A program made the position numbers and the translations under genes. From the IMG/VR virus record IMGVR_UViG_2915242197_000001, positions 1-34,740 of that record: a stretch of DNA of 34,740 bases. One strand, written 5' to 3'. The notes beneath the pieces are model-generated. The model ran no database searches. It saw only the letters and a list, made by a program, of their open reading frames with translations, and was not told the DNA's origin. This stretch comes from a virus. Positions 30,351 to 34,740 of the stretch are shown piece after piece (the stretch's first letter is position 1; each line of letters begins with the position of its first letter).

Positions 30351-30369
30351 TGTACCCGCTTCCACCACA
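30351..30369. promoter_or_regulatory. TGT-N13-ACA element upstream of FI (candidate late promoter activator site)
   Basis: TGTACCCGCTTCCACCACA has the same TGT/ACA spacing as the P/O dyad. It lies about 128 bp upstream of the FI ATG. Confidence 0.4.
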
Positions 30370-30487
30370 TTCGCAAGTTGATGCGCTTCCCGCACGCGCG
30401 CGGCAAGCTGTCGCCACTGTCAGCACACACAGCACCACGACCGCACCCGCGATCGCGGTTTATCACCACCACCAGGAGTAATTTTTT

Positions 30488-31666
30488 ATGGCAAACGACG
30501 ACTACCACCACGGTATCCGCGTCACCGAAGTCAACCAGGGTACGCGCCCTATCCGCACCGTATCGTCCTCGATCGTGGGCATGGTCTGCACCGCCGAGGA
30601 TGCAGACCCGGCAGTATTCCCGCTGGATACGCCCGTACTGCTGACCAACGTTGTAACCGCGCTGGGCAGCGCTGGCACCAAAGGCACCTTGCGCGCGGCG
30701 CTGGTAGCCATCGGCGCGCAGACCAAGCCGCTCACTGTGGTTGTGCGCGTGGCCGAAGGCGCGACGCCGGCGGAAACCGCCGCCAACGTCATCGGCACCG
30801 TAACGCCCCAGGGCAAATATACGGGCCTCAAGGCGCTGCTTGGCGCGCAAGGCCGCCTGAAGGTCAAGCCGCGCATCATCGGCGCGCCTTGGCTCGATAC
30901 GCAAGCCGTGGCGGCCGAAGTTGTAGCGACCGCGCAGAAGCTGCGCGCCTTCTCCTACGTTTCGGCCAATGGCTGCGCCACCAAGGAAGACGCGGCCGCC
31001 TACCGCGCGCTGTTCGCCGCCCGCGAAGTCATGGTCATTTGGCCTGAGTTCCTGGCGCTGGACACCGTAACCAAGAAAGAAACGGTAGTCCCGGCCGTGG
31101 CCTACGCCCTGGGCCTGCGCGCCAAGATCGACAACGATACTGGCTGGCATAAGACACTTTCTAACGTCGCGGTCAACGGCGTCACCGGCATTTCCAAAGA
31201 CGTGTTTTGGGACTTGCAAGACCCGAACACCGACGCGGGCTACCTGAACAGCAAGGAAATCACGACCCTGATTTGCGTGGATGGCTTCCGCTTCTGGGGT
31301 AGCCGCACCTGTTCCGATGATCCGCTGTTCGCCTTCGAGAACTACACCCGCACGGCGCAAATCCTGGCCGACACGATGGCCGAGGCGCATATGTGGGCCG
31401 TGGACAAGGATATGTACGCATCCCTGGTCAAAGACATCCTGAACGGCATCAACGCCAAGCTGGCGGCGCTGAAAGCCGGCGGCTACATCATCGACGGTAG
31501 CGCCTGGTATGACGACACGCTCAACAGTGTTGACGACCTCAAGGCCGGCAAGCTGCGCATCTCCTACGACTACACCCCGGTGCCGCCGCTGGAAGATTTG
31601 GAGCTGATCCAGCGCATTACGGATACCTACCTGATGGACTTCGCCGCCAGCATCGCGGCGTCCTGA
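30488..31666 (+). CDS. FI: Contractile tail sheath protein (P2 gpFI family)
   Basis: 392 aa, starting MANDDYHHGIRVTEVNQGTRPI... Confidence 0.9.
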   Translation: MANDDYHHGIRVTEVNQGTRPIRTVSSSIVGMVCTAEDADPAVFPLDTPVLLTNVVTALGSAGTKGTLRAALVAIGAQTKPLTVVVRVAEGATPAETAANVIGTVTPQGKYTGLKALLGAQGRLKVKPRIIGAPWLDTQAVAAEVVATAQKLRAFSYVSANGCATKEDAAAYRALFAAREVMVIWPEFLALDTVTKKETVVPAVAYALGLRAKIDNDTGWHKTLSNVAVNGVTGISKDVFWDLQDPNTDAGYLNSKEITTLICVDGFRFWGSRTCSDDPLFAFENYTRTAQILADTMAEAHMWAVDKDMYASLVKDILNGINAKLAALKAGGYIIDGSAWYDDTLNSVDDLKAGKLRISYDYTPVPPLEDLELIQRITDTYLMDFAASIAAS

Positions 31667-31699
31667 CCAATCACCAAACCATAGCAAGGAAAAGAGAGC

Positions 31700-32209
31700 A
31701 TGGGTTTACCTACCACCCTGAAAAACTTCGCTGTCTTCAATGACGGTAACAACTACCAGGGCCAAGTGTCGGAAGTCACTTTGCCGAAGCTGACCCGAAA
31801 GCTGGAAGACTGGCGCGGCGGCGGCATGAACGGCCCTATCAAACTGGACTACGGCCAGGAAGGTATGTCTATCGAATGCACCTACGGCGGCATCATGCGC
31901 ACGGTGCTGGAGCAATGGGGCTCGCTGACCCATGACGGCGTGCAAATGCGTTTCGCCGGCGCATACCAGGCCGAGGACAACGCAACCCCGGACGCGGTGG
32001 AAGTCGTCATGCGCGGCCGCCACGGCGAATTCGATTTCGGCAATGCCAAGCCAGGCGACGCCAGCCCGTTCAAAGTCAAGACCGAGCTGAGCTACTACAA
32101 GCTGACCATCAACGGCCAAGACATCATCGAAATCGACCTGGTGAACATGATCGAAAAAATCAACGGCGTGGACAACCTGGCGAAAGTCCGTACCGCGATC
32201 GGCCTGTAA
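31700..32209 (+). CDS. FII: Tail tube protein (P2 gpFII family)
   Basis: 169 aa, starting MGLPTTLKNFAVFNDGNNYQGQVSEVTLPKLTRK... Confidence 0.9.
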   Translation: MGLPTTLKNFAVFNDGNNYQGQVSEVTLPKLTRKLEDWRGGGMNGPIKLDYGQEGMSIECTYGGIMRTVLEQWGSLTHDGVQMRFAGAYQAEDNATPDAVEVVMRGRHGEFDFGNAKPGDASPFKVKTELSYYKLTINGQDIIEIDLVNMIEKINGVDNLAKVRTAIGL

Positions 32210-32222
32210 TTCAAACCCAATC

Positions 32223-32240
32223 CCCGCCCGATCGGGCGGG
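32223..32240. other. Perfect GC palindrome CCCGCCCGATCGGGCGGG between FII and E
   Basis: The 8-bp arms were read directly. There is no U-tract. It may be an mRNA stability or attenuation element. Confidence 0.4.
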
Positions 32241-32270
32241 ACACCCAACATAGAAAACTGAGGAATCACC

Positions 32271-32585
32271 ATGACCACCACCACCGTTAAAGACCCGAAC
32301 ACCTACACCCTGACCTCGCCTCTGCAACGCGGCAACCAGACCATCACCGACGTGACCTTGCGCCGCCCGCTGGCCGGCGAGCTGCGCGGCACCAAGCTGA
32401 CCGCCATCGTCGACCTGGATATCGACTCGATGGCAAAGGTGTTCCCGCGCATCACCACGCCGATGCTGACCGAGCAGGACGTGTACCGCCTGGACCCGGC
32501 CGACATTCTGCAATTGGGCGGGCTGTTCAACGCTTTTTTCTTGCCGAAGGAGCAGCCAGCGAACACGGAATCCCCGACCGAGTAG
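32271..32585 (+). CDS. E: Tail assembly chaperone E
   Basis: 104 aa, positioned between FII and T. It contains a slippery heptamer near its 3' end. Confidence 0.85.
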   Translation: MTTTTVKDPNTYTLTSPLQRGNQTITDVTLRRPLAGELRGTKLTAIVDLDIDSMAKVFPRITTPMLTEQDVYRLDPADILQLGGLFNAFFLPKEQPANTESPTE

Positions 32586-32707
32586 AAAACGCGATGGCCG
32601 ATATCGCCGTGGTGTTCCATTGGACGCCACAGGCGATGGACGGCATGAGCCTGGCTGAACTGATGGACTGGCGCGAGCAAGCGCGCATACGAAGTGGGAA
32701 CGAGTAA
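32271..32707 (+). CDS. Tail assembly chaperone E+E' (programmed -1 frameshift product)
   Basis: The heptamer T TTT TTC at 32534-32540 is in the E frame (GCT TTT TTC). The -1 frame is open from 32540 to the TAA at 32705-32707 and encodes ...MADIAVVFHWTPQAMDGMSLAELMDWREQARIRSGNE. It ends directly before the T start. Confidence 0.8.
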
Positions 32708-34740
32708 ATGTCAAACGAACTGAAATTGCGCGTGCTGTTCGATATGGTGGACCGCGTAACGCGGCCGCTGCGCAATGTCCTGGAAGGGAACAAGGGCGCG
32801 GCTAAAGCACTGAGCGAAACCCGCAACCGGCTCAAAGAGCTGGGAAAGACGCAACAGGACGTGGGCGCGTTCCGCGAGCTGCGCACCGGATTGCGCGACA
32901 CCGACGCCCAGCTCGCCGCCGCGCAGCAGCGCGTTAGAACCCTGGCCGGCGAGATGGGGCGATCCGGCCCGCCGACCAGGGCGATGGCGCGGGATTTTGA
33001 AAGCGCGAAGCGGGCTGCAGCAGAATTGACCGCCACCCAGGCGCGGCAGCAAAACGAGCTGCGCGAGCTGCGCGGCCGCCTGGCCGGCGCGGGCATCGAC
33101 ACCCGCAGCCTGGCGCAGCACGAACGCAACTTGCGCGGCGAGATCGAATCAACCACGGCGGCGATGCGCCAGCAGCAAGCCCGCCTGGCTGAGCTGGCCG
33201 CGCGCGAGCGGCGCGTAGCCGAGGCGCGTAGCCGCATGGAACGCACCCAGGCAACCGCCGGCCGCCTGGCCGGTAGCGGCGCTGGCGCGCTGGCCGCCGG
33301 CGCTGTCACCGGCGCGGCATTGAAAGCACCTGTCACCGAGTACGCCAAGGCCGAGGATTCCGCTACCCAGCTCAAGGTTGCCTTGATGCGCGCCGGCGCG
33401 GTAGTTCCTCCCGAATTCCAGAAAATCAACGACCTGGCGATGAAGCTGGGCGACAAGCTGCCAGGCACCACCGCCGACTTCCAAGACATGATGACCATGT
33501 TGAGTCGCCAGGGCATCGGTGCGCAAACCATCCTGGGCGGCGTGGGAGAGGCCACCGCCTACCTGGGCGTCCAGCTCAAGAAAGCGCCGGCAGAGGCGGC
33601 CGAGTTCGCGGCGAAATTGCAGGACGCCACGCGCTCCACCGACAAGGAAATGATGGGCCTGATGGACGTTATCCAAAAGACGTTCTATCTCGGCGTGGAT
33701 GACAGCAACATGCTGCAAGGCTTCGCCAAGCTGTCGCCGGCAATGGACACGCTCAAGGTAAAAGGCCTGGAAGGGGCGAAAGCCCTGGCACCGTTGCTGG
33801 TCATGGCAGACCAGGCGGGCATGGCCGGCGAATCCGCCGGCAACGCATACCGCAAGATTTTCCAGATGTCGATGGACAAAGCGAAGATCGACAAGGCAAA
33901 CAAGCAGCTCGGCCCAGGTAACAAGCTGGAATTCACGAACGGTAAAGGCGAGTTCGGCGGCTTCGATCAAATGTTCAAGCAGTTCAAAAAGCTTGAAGGC
34001 CTCACCACGCAAAAGCGCCTGGGCGTGCTGAAAGAGGTATTCGGGGACGATGCGGAAACGCTGCAAGTCGTCGCGCTACTGATCGAAAAGGGCGCGAATG
34101 GCTACGGCGAAGTGCAAGCCAAGATGAACGCCCAGGCGTCCTTGCAGCAGCGCGTAAATACCCAGCTCGGCACCCTTAAGAATCTGTGGGAAGCTGCCGG
34201 CGGCACATTTACAAACGGCCTGGTAGCGATGGGCGATTCTATCTCGCCAGAACTGAAAGCCACCACCGAATGGCTGGGCGATATGGCGCAAAGCGTGGGA
34301 CAGTGGGCGCGCGAAAATCCGAAGCTGGCCGGCGGCCTGATGAAGACTGCCGCCGCCCTGGCCCTGGTGCTGACCGTGGGCGGCGGCCTCATGCTCACCG
34401 TGGCGTCCATTCTCGGCCCTATGGCGGTCCTGCGGTTCAGCATGACCACGCTGGGAATGCAGGGCGGGTTGCTGGCAAACGTGTTCCGCATGGCCGCCTC
34501 ACCGCTTCGCCTGGTTGGCTCGGCCATCATGTTCATCGGCCGCGCGCTACTGATGAACCCTATAGGCCTGACGATTACCGCTATTGGCCTGGCCGCGTAT
34601 GGCATCTACAAGTATTGGGGACCGATCAAAGAATTTTTCGGCGGCATTTGGGACGGCGTGAAGGCCGCCTTTGCCGGCGGTATTAGCGGCATCGGCGCGC
34701 TTATCGTGAACTGGTCCCCGCTCGGCCTGTTCTACCAGGG
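32708..34740 (+). CDS. T: Tail tape measure protein, N-terminal part (runs off the window end and continues at 128..1007)
   Basis: The ATG at 32708 immediately follows the E' stop. The frame is open to the end of the window. It has a coiled N-terminus and hydrophobic segments near 34330-34600. It is absent from the ORF track because no stop codon occurs before the end. Confidence 0.9.
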   Translation, partial: MSNELKLRVLFDMVDRVTRPLRNVLEGNKGAAKALSETRNRLKELGKTQQDVGAFRELRTGLRDTDAQLAAAQQRVRTLAGEMGRSGPPTRAMARDFESAKRAAAELTATQARQQNELRELRGRLAGAGIDTRSLAQHERNLRGEIESTTAAMRQQQARLAELAARERRVAEARSRMERTQATAGRLAGSGAGALAAGAVTGAALKAPVTEYAKAEDSATQLKVALMRAGAVVPPEFQKINDLAMKLGDKLPGTTADFQDMMTMLSRQGIGAQTILGGVGEATAYLGVQLKKAPAEAAEFAAKLQDATRSTDKEMMGLMDVIQKTFYLGVDDSNMLQGFAKLSPAMDTLKVKGLEGAKALAPLLVMADQAGMAGESAGNAYRKIFQMSMDKAKIDKANKQLGPGNKLEFTNGKGEFGGFDQMFKQFKKLEGLTTQKRLGVLKEVFGDDAETLQVVALLIEKGANGYGEVQAKMNAQASLQQRVNTQLGTLKNLWEAAGGTFTNGLVAMGDSISPELKATTEWLGDMAQSVGQWARENPKLAGGLMKTAAALALVLTVGGGLMLTVASILGPMAVLRFSMTTLGMQGGLLANVFRMAASPLRLVGSAIMFIGRALLMNPIGLTITAIGLAAYGIYKYWGPIKEFFGGIWDGVKAAFAGGISGIGALIVNWSPLGLFYQ
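34614..34740. repeat. Terminal overlap, identical to 1..127
   Basis: See the first feature. Confidence 0.95.

Noticed and set aside
30417-30432. CTGTCAGCACACACAG matches the CTGT-N8-ACAG LexA-box skeleton.
   Set aside because: The spacer is GC-rich rather than AT-rich. The site lies in front of the tail sheath late operon. Its core (TGTCAGCACAC) recurs upstream of V without the CTGT/ACAG ends. It is more likely a late-promoter element than an SOS box.
1-34740. tRNA, rRNA, tmRNA genes or IS elements.
   Set aside because: I found no T-loop/cloverleaf-like segments, no transposase-like ORFs, and no terminal inverted repeats with target duplications. A tRNAscan/Infernal run would be needed to be certain.

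Overview
The first 127 bp are identical to the last 127 bp, so the window is a complete circular replicon with a unique length of 34,613 bp. It is a GC-rich, P2-like (Peduovirus-type) temperate myophage. All homology calls come from reading the translated ORFs by eye; no searches were run. A full P2-type late gene set is present: portal Q and terminase P (minus strand), then O N M L X, a lysis cassette (holin-like x2, muramidase, i-spanin with embedded o-spanin), R S, V W J I, a truncated H-like fibre anchor, FI FII, E/E' with a T TTT TTC -1 slippery site, tape measure T (which spans the circular junction), U, D, and an Ogr-type zinc-finger activator. The non-structural third of the genome is not P2-like. 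I see no tyrosine integrase, Cox or gpA-type initiator. In their place are a small serine recombinase, a CI-type repressor whose S24 peptidase dyad appears lost, an RHH Cro-like gene, a Toprim primase / Walker-A helicase fusion, a ParA plus RHH (ParG-like) partition pair, and a RepL-like winged-helix protein preceded by iterons. About 2.1 kb (10977-13142) has no convincing gene and is dense with repeats. This points to a plasmid-prophage (phage-plasmid) lifestyle. Other points of interest are 11-bp-phased TTGAT arrays around the par block, an unusual split tail-fibre module with a seven-repeat propeller-like protein, low-GC cargo at the Z/fun-equivalent position, an antisense orphan DNA methyltransferase in the tail operon, and a 228-bp in-frame duplication in the tape measure gene. 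Most long antisense ORFs in the supplied track are GC-rich shadow frames.
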